DNA from: a virus
Taxonomy: Duplodnaviria; Caudoviricetes
IMG/VR virus record: IMGVR_UViG_3300037742_000067
Coordinates: 1-48,012 of that record
DNA length: 48,012 bases
Strand: one strand, 5' to 3'
Shown: piece by piece, positions 7,777 to 16,535 of the stretch
How the letters are laid out: each line of letters starts with the position of its first letter
Position numbering within the stretch: the stretch's first letter is position 1
Position numbers and translations under genes: made by a program
The notes under the pieces: model-generated
The model's input: only the letters and a program-made list of their open reading frames with translations
Databases searched by the model: none
Told to the model about the DNA's origin: nothing

Positions 7777-7992
7777 ATGGGAAAGCTAACGCTATCGCAA
7801 AGGATTCGGATTGTTCGCATGGGGTTTCAAGCGGAGTGCGCTGTTCTCAATAAGGCGCATCTCTCCAAGCTGGCAGGGATTGCCATTCCCGCGCAGCGAT
7901 GGTCGCTACTCCCGGACTCGGTGCACGCCTGCGAGGACATCGGCCGGTGCGCACTGCGCGAATTCTTGACCGAGGAAAGGACAGCGCCATGA
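7777..7992 (+). CDS. Hypothetical protein
   Basis: SD AGGAGG; ATGA coupling to the next gene. Confidence 0.7.
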   Translation: MGKLTLSQRIRIVRMGFQAECAVLNKAHLSKLAGIAIPAQRWSLLPDSVHACEDIGRCALREFLTEERTAP

Positions 7993-8360
7993 TCATCGTC
8001 AAACTGAAAAGGTCAGAGCTGCGAGCCGCTGGCGCCTGCCAGGCAGGGGTGGAGTTCTTTAATTCGATAGCCACCGAAGGTGTATGGCGATCCGAGTGGA
8101 CGCCGCTACACGCTGTGTGGCTGGCCGTGGCGCGCCCTCGCGACGCGGCGTGGCTTATCGGCAACGGAATGGTGCCCTGGGCAAACCTCTCCGGGGCAGA
8201 CCTCTCCGGGGCAAACCTCTACGGGGCAGACCTCTCCGGGGCAGACCTCTCCGGGGCAAACCTCTCCGGGGCAAGCCTCTCCGGGGCAAGCCTCTCCGGG
8301 GCAGACCTCGGCTCGTTTGAACGCGGGCCTGACGGATACGCCAGGCCGGTAGCAACGTGA
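7989..8360 (+). CDS. Pentapeptide-repeat protein
   Basis: A(N/D/S)L(S/Y)G repeated 8 times; start reassigned to ATG 7989. Confidence 0.85.
   Translation: MIIVKLKRSELRAAGACQAGVEFFNSIATEGVWRSEWTPLHAVWLAVARPRDAAWLIGNGMVPWANLSGADLSGANLYGADLSGADLSGANLSGASLSGASLSGADLGSFERGPDGYARPVAT
8181..8309 (+). repeat. 15-bp tandem repeat GCA(A/G)(A/G)CCTCT(C/A)CGGG, 8 full copies plus one partial
   Basis: Read directly from the sequence. Confidence 0.95.
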
Positions 8361-8557
8361 AACATTGCTCGCGGTCGCAGCATGCGAAGCATTGCCGCAG
8401 GGGTCGCCCGCATTGCCGCTATCGTCGGGCAGACGTGCAAGGCGGGCCGTGTCACTGCGGCGCGTACGGTTTCCCACATCGGTACAAGTCTGGACTTTGC
8501 GGGAAGGGCGCATGGGAGGCCCTCGATTCACCCATGAGAAACGGTAGGCCACTATGA
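8357..8557 (+). CDS. Small Cys/His-rich basic protein
   Basis: [11 protein letters not shown]...C; coupled at both ends. Confidence 0.65.
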   Translation: MKHCSRSQHAKHCRRGRPHCRYRRADVQGGPCHCGAYGFPHRYKSGLCGKGAWEALDSPMRNGRPL

Positions 8558-8835
8558 TCGACGAGATGACACTCACCCCGCTCCCGTCTTGGGAGTCAAC
8601 AGATAACCATTCCTGGTCTCGCTTGCGGCTCGACAACGAAGCGGACGGTATGAGCCTTTACATCCGACAATTCGGAACGTTCGGCGAGACGTACAGAATC
8701 GTCCTAAACGACGTCAAGCTCGGCACCACGCGCGACAAGTCCTGGATCGCAAGGCGTGAGAAGGCGCTCCTACTCGCCAAGGGGCACCTTGCAAGGGTGT
8801 CCGCTGCCGTCGACTACCACCTGGCGAAGCTGTGA
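8554..8835 (+). CDS. Hypothetical protein
   Basis: ATGA and GTGA overlaps. Confidence 0.7.
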   Translation: MIDEMTLTPLPSWESTDNHSWSRLRLDNEADGMSLYIRQFGTFGETYRIVLNDVKLGTTRDKSWIARREKALLLAKGHLARVSAAVDYHLAKL

Positions 8836-9086
8836 TCGCTATGTGGGAATTCAAGGAAGGGATCTGCCATGAATGCGGCGAGTATGGCACGTGGCTCGAA
8901 TTCGCCGAAGCGAAGGGAATGCCCGAGAAGTGGTTCGCGATTCACCATGCGCCAGATGGGCAGCGCTTGCTCCTGTGCTCTATCCGCTGCGTTGAGCGCT
9001 GGCAGGAGCGGGCCCGAGTTCGCGATCTAGCTTCTCGTGAATCGCCTCGCGAATCCAATCCGAGCGGCAAAACTTCGGGCTCGTAA
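8832..9086 (+). CDS. Zinc-finger protein (CxxC...CSxxC)
   Basis: CHEC...LCSIRC. Confidence 0.65.
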   Translation: MIAMWEFKEGICHECGEYGTWLEFAEAKGMPEKWFAIHHAPDGQRLLLCSIRCVERWQERARVRDLASRESPRESNPSGKTSGS

Positions 9087-9234
9087 CGGCTCGCTTCTGC
9101 ACCGCCACATCGAGCCGTTGAAGCATCCAATCTTTCACCCAAACCTGGTTCAACATCTTCGCCTTGATTCCACGCGACACGTCGTTGAATTGCGGCTTGA
9201 CTGGGCCTCTGTTTATACCCTTCTTCGCTTGCAT
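8980..9234 (-). CDS. Ribbon-helix-helix (Arc/MetJ/CopG-like) transcriptional regulator
   Basis: Strand NQVWV, helix DWMLQRLDVAV, helix RSDWIREAIHEKL; has its own promoter. Confidence 0.7.
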   Translation of the reverse strand: MQAKKGINRGPVKPQFNDVSRGIKAKMLNQVWVKDWMLQRLDVAVQKRAVTSPKFCRSDWIREAIHEKLDRELGPAPASAQRSG

Positions 9235-9240
9235 GATTCG

Positions 9241-9269
9241 ACAGTAGTTGATAGTACCATGAGAGTCAA
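9241..9269 (-). promoter_or_regulatory. Sigma70-type promoter of the RHH gene (leaderless geometry)
   Basis: TTGACT-N17-TACTGT-N6-ATG; contains half-site ACTCTCATG; divergent -10 CATAAT at 9275-9280 for the ERF operon. Confidence 0.7.
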
Positions 9270-9294
9270 CCGACCATAATAGGAGAGGTGTCCA

Positions 9295-10206
9295 ATGTCC
9301 GACCAGAGTGAGATCATGCTACCCGAGGCGAAGCATACTGGCTTTCGCATGGTGGGCGACATGGGGCCATTGTTCGCCGCGCTGGCCAAAGCGCAGGGGG
9401 ACTTTAAGCCGATCGTCCGCTCGAAAGAGAACACGTTTTTCAAGTCCTCCTACGCTGAGTTGACGGACTACTTGGAGGCGACCGTCCCGGCGCTCTCAGC
9501 GAACGGGCTCTGTCTCATGCAGCCCGAGTCTCGCCAGGGCGACACGTGGGAGATTCGCACCATACTCGCCCACGCCTCGGGGGCTTTCATCGAAGCGACC
9601 GCGACCTTTGCCCATGGTGGCGATTGGCAGAAGTTGGGATCGGCCATGACGTACTGCCGCCGCTACTGCGCCGGAGGGATTCTCAGTGTGGCGCCTCGCG
9701 GGGAAGATGACGACGGCAACGCGGCAACGCACGACCGTCCAGCGGACAAACCGAAGACGTCGCCCACGCCTCCCAAGGTGCAACCCAAGCCGGCCGTCCA
9801 GTCGGCCCCCGCTCAGCAGCAAATGCCACCGCGTGACCAGTTGATGGCTGAGGCGGCGGCAATATCCGCGCAGCAATTCGCGGCGCAGCAACAGCTCGCC
9901 GGCCAGAACGCTCTACTCGCGCAGCAACAGGCTAGCAACGCTGCCGCCCACGCGGCGGAGGCCATTGTGAATGCCCCCGTGGAACCTGCCACGTCCACCA
10001 CTCCGACGACTCCGCCGCCCTCTGGTGAGCGCAGCAAGAAGGAGTCCGTTATCAAGATGAAGGGCCTGATCGAAGAACTCGGCATGGGTCCTACCAAGGT
10101 CGACTGGTGTACCAGGCTACTCGGTAAGCCCCCGTCCCAAGTCACGCTGGAAGCCGAAGTCCAGGTGTTGATTGCGGACCTCGAGATGAGGAAGGCGGCC
10201 ACATGA
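9295..10206 (+). CDS. erf: ERF-family single-strand annealing protein
   Basis: LFAALAKAQ...KEN.FFKSSYA.L, GSAMTYCRRY, EDDDGN. Confidence 0.9.
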   Translation: MSDQSEIMLPEAKHTGFRMVGDMGPLFAALAKAQGDFKPIVRSKENTFFKSSYAELTDYLEATVPALSANGLCLMQPESRQGDTWEIRTILAHASGAFIEATATFAHGGDWQKLGSAMTYCRRYCAGGILSVAPRGEDDDGNAATHDRPADKPKTSPTPPKVQPKPAVQSAPAQQQMPPRDQLMAEAAAISAQQFAAQQQLAGQNALLAQQQASNAAAHAAEAIVNAPVEPATSTTPTTPPPSGERSKKESVIKMKGLIEELGMGPTKVDWCTRLLGKPPSQVTLEAEVQVLIADLEMRKAAT

Positions 10207-11219
10207 AACGCATGTCCTCGCTACCCCTTGCTGAGCGCTGCGGCATCGCGGCCGGGCTCTCCGCTCGGCATGGCTCTGGTAGGCCTGCCGCGATGTCCAC
10301 GGCGTTCCACGCGAAGTGTGCGGGGGCCCCCGAGGCATTCCGCCTGATGGGCGCCCTGTCCCACGCTGAACGCGAGGAGATTGCCACGTGGAAGGCTCCC
10401 GCCGATGCCGTGGTCAATGAGTGGTGTCTGCTGGATTACTCCTCTGCCGCGAAGGAGCAAGAGGTGGGGCTCGATTGTTGGGGCGACTACACGTGCGACG
10501 AGAAGGACGCTCTCACGTGGGGGCATCTCGACTTCGCTTGGGTCAGGGAGGTGGAAGGCGTTCGGGTTGCCTTCGTGGCCGACATCAAAAAGTCCGTGTG
10601 GACTACCCCAGAGGGGCCGGACTCCCTACAAGTCCACGCGTACGCACGCGCATTCGCTAAGAAAACGGATTGCGTGGCCTACTGCACCGGAATTTGGGCC
10701 GCGAAGGAGGGTAAGTGGCTTTGGTCCACGGACATCGTCCACTTGGACGGTCCTAGGGCGGCGGAGATATGGGACCGCATCTCCACCGCCGCTCTCAACG
10801 TGGGAGAGGCTTCCACCGGTTCTCACTGCGGCAGTTGCTACGCCCGCATGCACTGCCCGGAGTACCTGCTCCCTGCAACGGTCTCCGATGCCATGGCGAA
10901 AGCCGCTGGGCTCTCTGACCCTGCCGCCATCGAGGCTCTCGCGCTCGCCCCTGGTGAGTCGCTGCGGCTACTCGAATGGGCTTCCCGTGCTCAAGAGCTT
11001 GGCGAGCTTGTGGAGAAGAACCTGAAGGAAGCCGTCCGCCGTGGCCTGCTCGTCATCGTGGACGCCAACGGTAAGGAGTGGAAGCCCATCGATATGCCGG
11101 GCCGGGAGAGCCTGGACAAGGAGAAGCTGCGCGCCGTTGGTTGCGAGCCGTCCGACTTCGTGAAGAAGGGCGAGCCGTATGTACAAATGCGTTGGGTGAA
11201 GCAGAAGGTGACACCATGA
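10203..11219 (+). CDS. Cas4-like PD-(D/E)xK exonuclease
   Basis: GHLD...VADIK...Q...Y; N-terminal Cys plus CxxC.....C; adjacent to ERF. Confidence 0.75.
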   Translation: MKRMSSLPLAERCGIAAGLSARHGSGRPAAMSTAFHAKCAGAPEAFRLMGALSHAEREEIATWKAPADAVVNEWCLLDYSSAAKEQEVGLDCWGDYTCDEKDALTWGHLDFAWVREVEGVRVAFVADIKKSVWTTPEGPDSLQVHAYARAFAKKTDCVAYCTGIWAAKEGKWLWSTDIVHLDGPRAAEIWDRISTAALNVGEASTGSHCGSCYARMHCPEYLLPATVSDAMAKAAGLSDPAAIEALALAPGESLRLLEWASRAQELGELVEKNLKEAVRRGLLVIVDANGKEWKPIDMPGRESLDKEKLRAVGCEPSDFVKKGEPYVQMRWVKQKVTP

Positions 11220-11425
11220 GCGTCGACACTCTCGATCATCGCAAGCCCGACATTCACGCGGGAGACCATGTCCACATGGCCTGGTGGTGGCTGAAGCGGG
11301 AGATGTTCCACGACGTCAACGGCCGCGTGGTCATGCTCTCTCCGCGTGGCCACTACGCCTACGTCGCCTCTCTGGAGGGAGTCACCTACAAGGTCCAAGT
11401 GGGCAACCTGGTGCATTCGCCATGA
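11216..11425 (+). CDS. Small SH3/KOW-like hypothetical protein
   Basis: ATG 11216 overlaps upstream stop; GDHV...GRVV...V..L pattern. Confidence 0.6.
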   Translation: MSVDTLDHRKPDIHAGDHVHMAWWWLKREMFHDVNGRVVMLSPRGHYAYVASLEGVTYKVQVGNLVHSP

Positions 11426-12423
11426 TGACCGTTGGCTTTCGCATGGTGGCGATCACCAAGCTCCTTCTCCCGGGCGACTGGAGGAAGAAGCTCGACGCCC
11501 CCGGTATTCCCGCCATGGCGGCGTCTATGAAGATGGTGGGCGTCATTCATGAGCCGGTGGTCAGGGAAAGCGATTGGAAGCTCGGCCCTGGGGCGCATAG
11601 GGTAGCCGCTGCGCTGCACAACGGGGAATCGGAAGTCCTCTGCAAGCTCATCAAATGCACCGATGACGAGCTGGAATTGATGTGCCTGATCGAGAACGCC
11701 TACCGGAAGAACCTGACACCGCCTGAGGAGAAGAAGCTGGTTGACCAGTTGGCCGAGCGCATCGCCATCATGCGGGCCGAGAAGGGGAAGGAGACCATCC
11801 TCGAGCCGCTGCGGAAGAAGGGCAAGCTGAAGCTGCCGAGGACCGAGGCGCGCGAGCTGCTAGCCCAGGTCTCTGGCCGGTCGAAGGAGGGGCAGCGGAA
11901 ACTGGAGCAGAGGGTGGAGAAGCGCAAGCTGGAGCAGATTGCCAAGATCGACCACGACGCCGACATCGGCATCCGTTCCCCGTGGGGCGAGCTTGACGAC
12001 GAGTTCCGCAAGAAGACGAACGATGTGGTGCGCCACACCTACGAGTCCGCAACCCTGCTTTCCCGTGCGCTTGGGCGACTCACCGAGCTGTCGAACTCGG
12101 GACTCCCGCTCCACCGAGCGAGAATGAACCGCGTTCGCGAAGACCTTGCTCTCCTGTCCAGCACGCTTCGCGGGCTCACCCCAACTTGCCTCTGCCCCTT
12201 CTGCAAGGGGGTGGAGGAACTGCAAGCGCTCCCATGCGGCGGCTGCATGGGGACAGGCTACGTCACCCAGAATCAGGAGGAAGGGATCCCGTCCGAGCTG
12301 TGGTCTGAGGGCGACGGGGCAGTGGTCATCGCTGGGGGCCAATTCGTCCCGTACTCCCGGTTCTTCGCCGAGGAGCCGTCGACCGACATGACCATGACGA
12401 CCGAGGAGGACTTCGCCGAATGA
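11422..12423 (+). CDS. ParB-like N-terminal domain protein with C-terminal CxxCxG zinc finger
   Basis: MAASM..VGVIHEPVV, GAHRVAA, IENAYRKNLTP.E; CPFCKG...CGGCMGTG. Confidence 0.8.
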   Translation: MMTVGFRMVAITKLLLPGDWRKKLDAPGIPAMAASMKMVGVIHEPVVRESDWKLGPGAHRVAAALHNGESEVLCKLIKCTDDELELMCLIENAYRKNLTPPEEKKLVDQLAERIAIMRAEKGKETILEPLRKKGKLKLPRTEARELLAQVSGRSKEGQRKLEQRVEKRKLEQIAKIDHDADIGIRSPWGELDDEFRKKTNDVVRHTYESATLLSRALGRLTELSNSGLPLHRARMNRVREDLALLSSTLRGLTPTCLCPFCKGVEELQALPCGGCMGTGYVTQNQEEGIPSELWSEGDGAVVIAGGQFVPYSRFFAEEPSTDMTMTTEEDFAE

Positions 12424-14159
12424 GCCAACTCAACATCTTCCACCGTAAGACCATGCTCGAATTGATGTTCGAGGAAATGGACGCGGGCGGGGACCCTGAT
12501 GGGCTCCGGTACTACCAGCGTGAGGGGTACAACGCGATTCTCGCCTCGCTCGCCGGCAACGATTCCACCCTTGTCGTGATGGCGGGTGGACTCGGCAAGA
12601 CGCAGCTCTTCTCCTGCGTCGCCAAGCATTGGGATGGGGATGTCCTCATCGTCGCCCACCGTGACGAGCTGATCGAGCAGGCCCGGGGTAGGGCCGAGCA
12701 GATGATGGGCGAGTACGTGGAGGTGGAGAAAGCCGAGCAGGTCTCGTCACCCAAGACGCGCATCGTTGTCGGGTCCGTGCAGTCGCTCAACCAGAAGCGC
12801 TTGGGCCGTCTCGGGAAGAACCGGTTCTCGCTGGTCATCATAGATGAATGCCACCATGCAACGAGTCCCTCCTACCGCCGAGTCATGGATCACTTCAACG
12901 ACGCCAAGAAGCTCGGGGTGACGGCTACCCCTGACCGGGCCGATGAGAAAGCGCTCGGGAAGGTGTTCGATGACGTGGCGTTTGTGTTCGACATCGCCGA
13001 TGGTATCAAGGCGGGGTACCTGGTTCCGTTCGGCAACTGCCAAGAGGCCACGCTGCAAGGGCTGGACCTCGATGCGGTGAAGAAGACCAAAGGCGACCTC
13101 GCCGCGAATGAACTCGACCAGGCGATGGTCCAGCACTGCGAGGGGATTGTGCAGAAGACCCTGGAGCTAGAGCCGGGTCGAACGGGGATCTGTTTCTTCC
13201 CCGGTGTCCGATCGGCCGAGCTTGCCGCGCAGCGATTCAACGCCCTTCGCCCAGGGTCCGCTGCGTTCGTCTCAGGGACGACCGACGAGAACGATCGGAA
13301 GCGCATCATGGCCGACTTCCGCGCCCAGCGGATTCAGTACCTCTGCAACTGCATGGTGGCAACCGAGGGGTTCGACGCGCCCCCTACTTCCCTGATTGTG
13401 CAGGGCAGGCCGACACTGTCCCGGGCTCTCTATACCCAGATGACGGTCAGGGGCTCTCGCGTTCTTCCTGGTGTCGTGGACCACTTCGAAGGGGCGGGGC
13501 TTGGAAGGGAACGGAGGCAAGCCATTGCCGCGAGCGCGAAGCCTGACCTCGTCGTGCTCGACTTCGTCGGGAACCACACGAAGCATGACCTCGCCTCGGT
13601 GTCCGACGTTCTAGGAGGCAACTACTCGGACGCGGAAGTGAAGGCCGCGAAGAAGCTCGTCAAGCAAGGCGTCCGTGCTGGCGATGCCCTCGAACAGGCC
13701 AGGCGGCAGTTGCGGGCGCTGGCGGACGCGGTGGCCAAAGCAAACGCCAAGGTGAAGGCCGACGTCCGGGCGTTCGATCCCTTCCGCGTTCTCGGCCTCA
13801 CCATTGCCGACGAAGACCGCTACGCAGACCGTTTCACGGGAGCGCCAGCTACGCCGAAACAGATGGCGGCGCTCGCCTCGTTCGGCGTCCCACAGTCCGA
13901 GCTGAACCAACTGTCCAAGCGAGCCGCTGGGAAGCTGTTCGACAAGTGCAAGGGGAGACTCGAGCACGGTCTCTGCTCCTACAAGCAGCTTCGCCAGCTT
14001 CAACGCTTCGGGGTGACGCAGCAAGACGTGAAGTTTGACCGGGCGAAGGCGGCGCTCGATTACATCGCCAAGAAGGGTTGGGGCTCGAACGGTCCCATCG
14101 ACCACACCATGGTTCAGGATATCGTCAACCACCGTCGCGTCGTTGGCGAAGAGGGGTAG
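12420..14159 (+). CDS. Superfamily 2 DExH helicase
   Basis: LRYYQ, GLGKT, DECHH, TAT, TEGFD, QM..RGSR. Confidence 0.93.
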   Translation: MSQLNIFHRKTMLELMFEEMDAGGDPDGLRYYQREGYNAILASLAGNDSTLVVMAGGLGKTQLFSCVAKHWDGDVLIVAHRDELIEQARGRAEQMMGEYVEVEKAEQVSSPKTRIVVGSVQSLNQKRLGRLGKNRFSLVIIDECHHATSPSYRRVMDHFNDAKKLGVTATPDRADEKALGKVFDDVAFVFDIADGIKAGYLVPFGNCQEATLQGLDLDAVKKTKGDLAANELDQAMVQHCEGIVQKTLELEPGRTGICFFPGVRSAELAAQRFNALRPGSAAFVSGTTDENDRKRIMADFRAQRIQYLCNCMVATEGFDAPPTSLIVQGRPTLSRALYTQMTVRGSRVLPGVVDHFEGAGLGRERRQAIAASAKPDLVVLDFVGNHTKHDLASVSDVLGGNYSDAEVKAAKKLVKQGVRAGDALEQARRQLRALADAVAKANAKVKADVRAFDPFRVLGLTIADEDRYADRFTGAPATPKQMAALASFGVPQSELNQLSKRAAGKLFDKCKGRLEHGLCSYKQLRQLQRFGVTQQDVKFDRAKAALDYIAKKGWGSNGPIDHTMVQDIVNHRRVVGEEG

Positions 14160-14776
14160 TGGTCGCATCGCCCAATCTGCCGCGCCTCTCCAGGGCGACC
14201 AGTGCTAGTCTCTTGGAAGCGCTGGTTCTTGACCTGGTGCTCCGGAGGGAACTGTTACCGGGTGGATTGTCCTGGCTCGACGACATCGATGCAGAGCGAT
14301 TCGTCCTCTACGGGATGGGAGCAGGCCACGCCCCTCCCGCCTGGCTGGACGCCTCCCACTTCACGTTCGGCTACCACAAGTTTCTGTTCGGCTACCTGGC
14401 GAAGTGCGGTGTCAGTCCAGAGGAAGCGCTCACCACCGATGGCCTCATCTCCCTTGTCCTCCTGCACGAGCGGGGAGACCACGTGTTCGCGGCCTTCCCC
14501 ACCTACGCCGAGAGGCGCAAGGCGCTCGGCCCGATGAGGGCAGGGGCCATCGATGACATCGCGGCCGTTGGAAGGAGGGACCATCCCATGCTGTTCTCGG
14601 AAGCCTGCAAGCGTGTTCGGGACCTGGCCGTCAAGCGACGGACGCACCACCGCGTGCAGCGACTTCTCGTCCTGCTGGAGACGCCACAGCCTGCCACCAA
14701 AGACCTCTGGGCCGAGCTGAACGGCATCGCTGAGCTGCTACGCGCGCTCACCGGAACGGACTGCAATGGCAGGTGA
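14159..14776 (+). CDS. Stand-alone DnaB N-terminal-domain-like protein
   Basis: IDAERFVL...LDASHF.FGYHKFLF..L and RVRDLAVKRR resemble DnaB-N; no ATPase domain. Confidence 0.5.
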   Translation: MVASPNLPRLSRATSASLLEALVLDLVLRRELLPGGLSWLDDIDAERFVLYGMGAGHAPPAWLDASHFTFGYHKFLFGYLAKCGVSPEEALTTDGLISLVLLHERGDHVFAAFPTYAERRKALGPMRAGAIDDIAAVGRRDHPMLFSEACKRVRDLAVKRRTHHRVQRLLVLLETPQPATKDLWAELNGIAELLRALTGTDCNGR

Positions 14777-15047
14777 AGACCTCGAACACCTTCGGCGACT
14801 GCGGGCGATGTCGTGCGCGAAGTGCGGCGCGCCACCTCCCGTGGAGGCCCACCACAGCACCCACGGGAGGGGGATGTCCCAGAAGACCCACGACCACTTG
14901 GCTATCCCGCTCTGCCGCGATTGTCACTGGGACTTTCATCACGCCGTCAGGCAATTCGGCAAGATGAAGAAGGCCGAGCGGAACGCCTGGCAGGCCACGA
15001 TGAGCGAACGCTACATGCCGAAGGTGCCGAGCGACGACGTCTTCTGA
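14766..15047 (+). CDS. HNH-like (DUF968-type) zinc-binding nuclease
   Basis: CAKC..EAHH..GRGMSQK..D..AIPLCRDCH..FH. Confidence 0.75.
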   Translation: MAGEDLEHLRRLRAMSCAKCGAPPPVEAHHSTHGRGMSQKTHDHLAIPLCRDCHWDFHHAVRQFGKMKKAERNAWQATMSERYMPKVPSDDVF

Positions 15048-15560
15048 CTACGGGACGTGCGGCGCGAGACACTTGGCCAGGGAGGGCGTGCTCCACGTGT
15101 CCGCCGTGCCCGTCAGGAGCCGCACGAGGGCGTCTTTGAAGAGGAGCAGGTTCGGGGTCACCACGACGATGTTGGGCTCCTGAAGGAGCGCCCTGTAGCG
15201 GCAGGGGCACCCATTGGTGGCCGCCTCTCCCTTGCAGAACCGGTCAGGGGTCGCGAAGGGGAGGACCTCCTGCGAGCCGTCGCAACTCTTCATCCAGTCA
15301 GGCGGCACCTTGACCCGGAATGCGCTCCGGTCGATCGACTTCCCAAGGCAGCTCTGGACCTCGAGCACGGACGCCTCCACGGCCGCTGGGAGCCCCGGGA
15401 TGTTCTTGCCGCTCATGTCGATCGCGATGCCGGACGGGGTGACCACGGTCGCCTTGAATGGGTAGGCCGGATAGACGTCCAGGTAGTACCCGTACCGCTG
15501 CGCCCATGGGGCCGGCGTGCAGCCGAGCATGGCGACCAGCGCGACGGCGACGCGTTTCAT
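15048..15560 (-). CDS. Cys-rich lipoprotein
   Basis: MKRVAVALVAMLGC lipobox; start reassigned to 15560. Confidence 0.75.
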   Translation of the reverse strand: MKRVAVALVAMLGCTPAPWAQRYGYYLDVYPAYPFKATVVTPSGIAIDMSGKNIPGLPAAVEASVLEVQSCLGKSIDRSAFRVKVPPDWMKSCDGSQEVLPFATPDRFCKGEAATNGCPCRYRALLQEPNIVVVTPNLLLFKDALVRLLTGTADTWSTPSLAKCLAPHVP

Positions 15561-15568
15561 GCAGCAGT

Positions 15569-15733
15569 TCAGTACCGCTTCATTCGGCTCTTGATGTGTG
15601 TCGCCGAGTGGGCAGTGACGTTGGCCGCAGATTTGAGCTTCTTGGCAGCCCCCGTCCCGTGGCGCTTCTTCTCGATGTGGGCCGCCGCCGCCTTGAAGGC
15701 TTTTGGTTTCTTCAACTTCACTCCGTATGGCAT
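15569..15733 (-). CDS. Small Lys/Ala-rich basic protein (54 aa)
   Basis: MPYGVKLKKPKAFKAAAAHIEKK...; TGATG coupling. Confidence 0.6.
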   Translation of the reverse strand: MPYGVKLKKPKAFKAAAAHIEKKRHGTGAAKKLKSAANVTAHSATHIKSRMKRY

Positions 15734-15915
15734 CAGCGACCTGCCTTGTTGAATTTGGCATCGATCTCGGCCTGCACCGATTCGGCGACTCCGAGGCGGA
15801 GGGAGAGCCGCAGCGCCTCCACGGCGTCCACCGGGTCCTCGCCCTTCTTGGCGGACGCTTCGATGATCTCCTTGGCGAGCTCCATCAGAGCCACGAGAAA
15901 CGCCGCCGTGTTCAT
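15733..15915 (-). CDS. Hypothetical helical protein (60 aa)
   Basis: SD GGAGG; ATGA overlap. Confidence 0.65.
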   Translation of the reverse strand: MNTAAFLVALMELAKEIIEASAKKGEDPVDAVEALRLSLRLGVAESVQAEIDAKFNKAGR

Positions 15916-16340
15916 TGGACACCTCCGCAGTTGATGCTGAACCCGGTACCACGGAAGAGGTCCTTGCACATGGGATCTTCGTCCCGAACCTTGCGCACGC
16001 CCTCCGCGGCGGCGAGGCACGAGTCCGCCTCCTGAATGGCCACCGACATCTTCTCCCGGCAGGAGAGCGCTCCGCCGGTCACCTTGGCCATCTCGACCTT
16101 CTTCTGGGCCGAGCAACCAACGGCGAGAAGGAGTGCGAGCATCAGGAGCGGGGGCGGGCGGACGCTGTTGGCTTTCGGACCGAGCCCGGTAGACGGCACC
16201 GCGACTGCCGTCACGAGACCTACCCCTGCCGACGCGAGCACGGCAAGGAGCGCCTTATCCTCTACGAGCAGGACGGCGATGAGGATGAGCACGACGCCGA
16301 AGACGCCCGCAACTATCTTCCGTATGTACGCTGGTTCCAT
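15912..16340 (-). CDS. Membrane protein: two TM helices plus internal lipobox (holin or spanin candidate)
   Basis: Two hydrophobic helices, then LLMLALLLAVGC and a Cys-containing helical domain. Confidence 0.65.
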   Translation of the reverse strand: MEPAYIRKIVAGVFGVVLILIAVLLVEDKALLAVLASAGVGLVTAVAVPSTGLGPKANSVRPPPLLMLALLLAVGCSAQKKVEMAKVTGGALSCREKMSVAIQEADSCLAAAEGVRKVRDEDPMCKDLFRGTGFSINCGGVQ

Positions 16341-16358
16341 TGGGTCTTTCCGGGGCCT

Positions 16359-16535
16359 TTAAGCACCCACAGAAGCAGGAGGGTCAGAGCCGTTACGCGC
16401 CTCCAGCTCCTTCGCCACTTCGGTAATGTCTTTCCTGATCCCAAGCTCTAGCAGTATAAGTTGGAGTAGCTTGATTGTCACTTCTTGGTTGCGCTCGAGG
16501 TTGTCGAGACGCTGCTCCGTTGTCTTCTTCGTCAC
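16359..16535 (-). CDS. Small coiled-coil protein (58 aa, not in the ORF track)
   Basis: GTG 16535 overlaps upstream TGA; MTKKTTEQRLDNLERNQEVTIKLLQLILLELG. Confidence 0.65.
   Translation of the reverse strand: MTKKTTEQRLDNLERNQEVTIKLLQLILLELGIRKDITEVAKELEARNGSDPPASVGA

Noticed and set aside
8181-8309. Diversity-generating retroelement (unit variants AAC/GAC/AGC and TAC/TCC differ at adenines)
   Set aside because: No reverse transcriptase or separate template repeat; these are ordinary pentapeptide substitutions
10203-11219. CRISPR-Cas system suggested by the Cas4-like gene
   Set aside because: No repeat-spacer array or other cas genes seen; pairing with ERF indicates a recombination module
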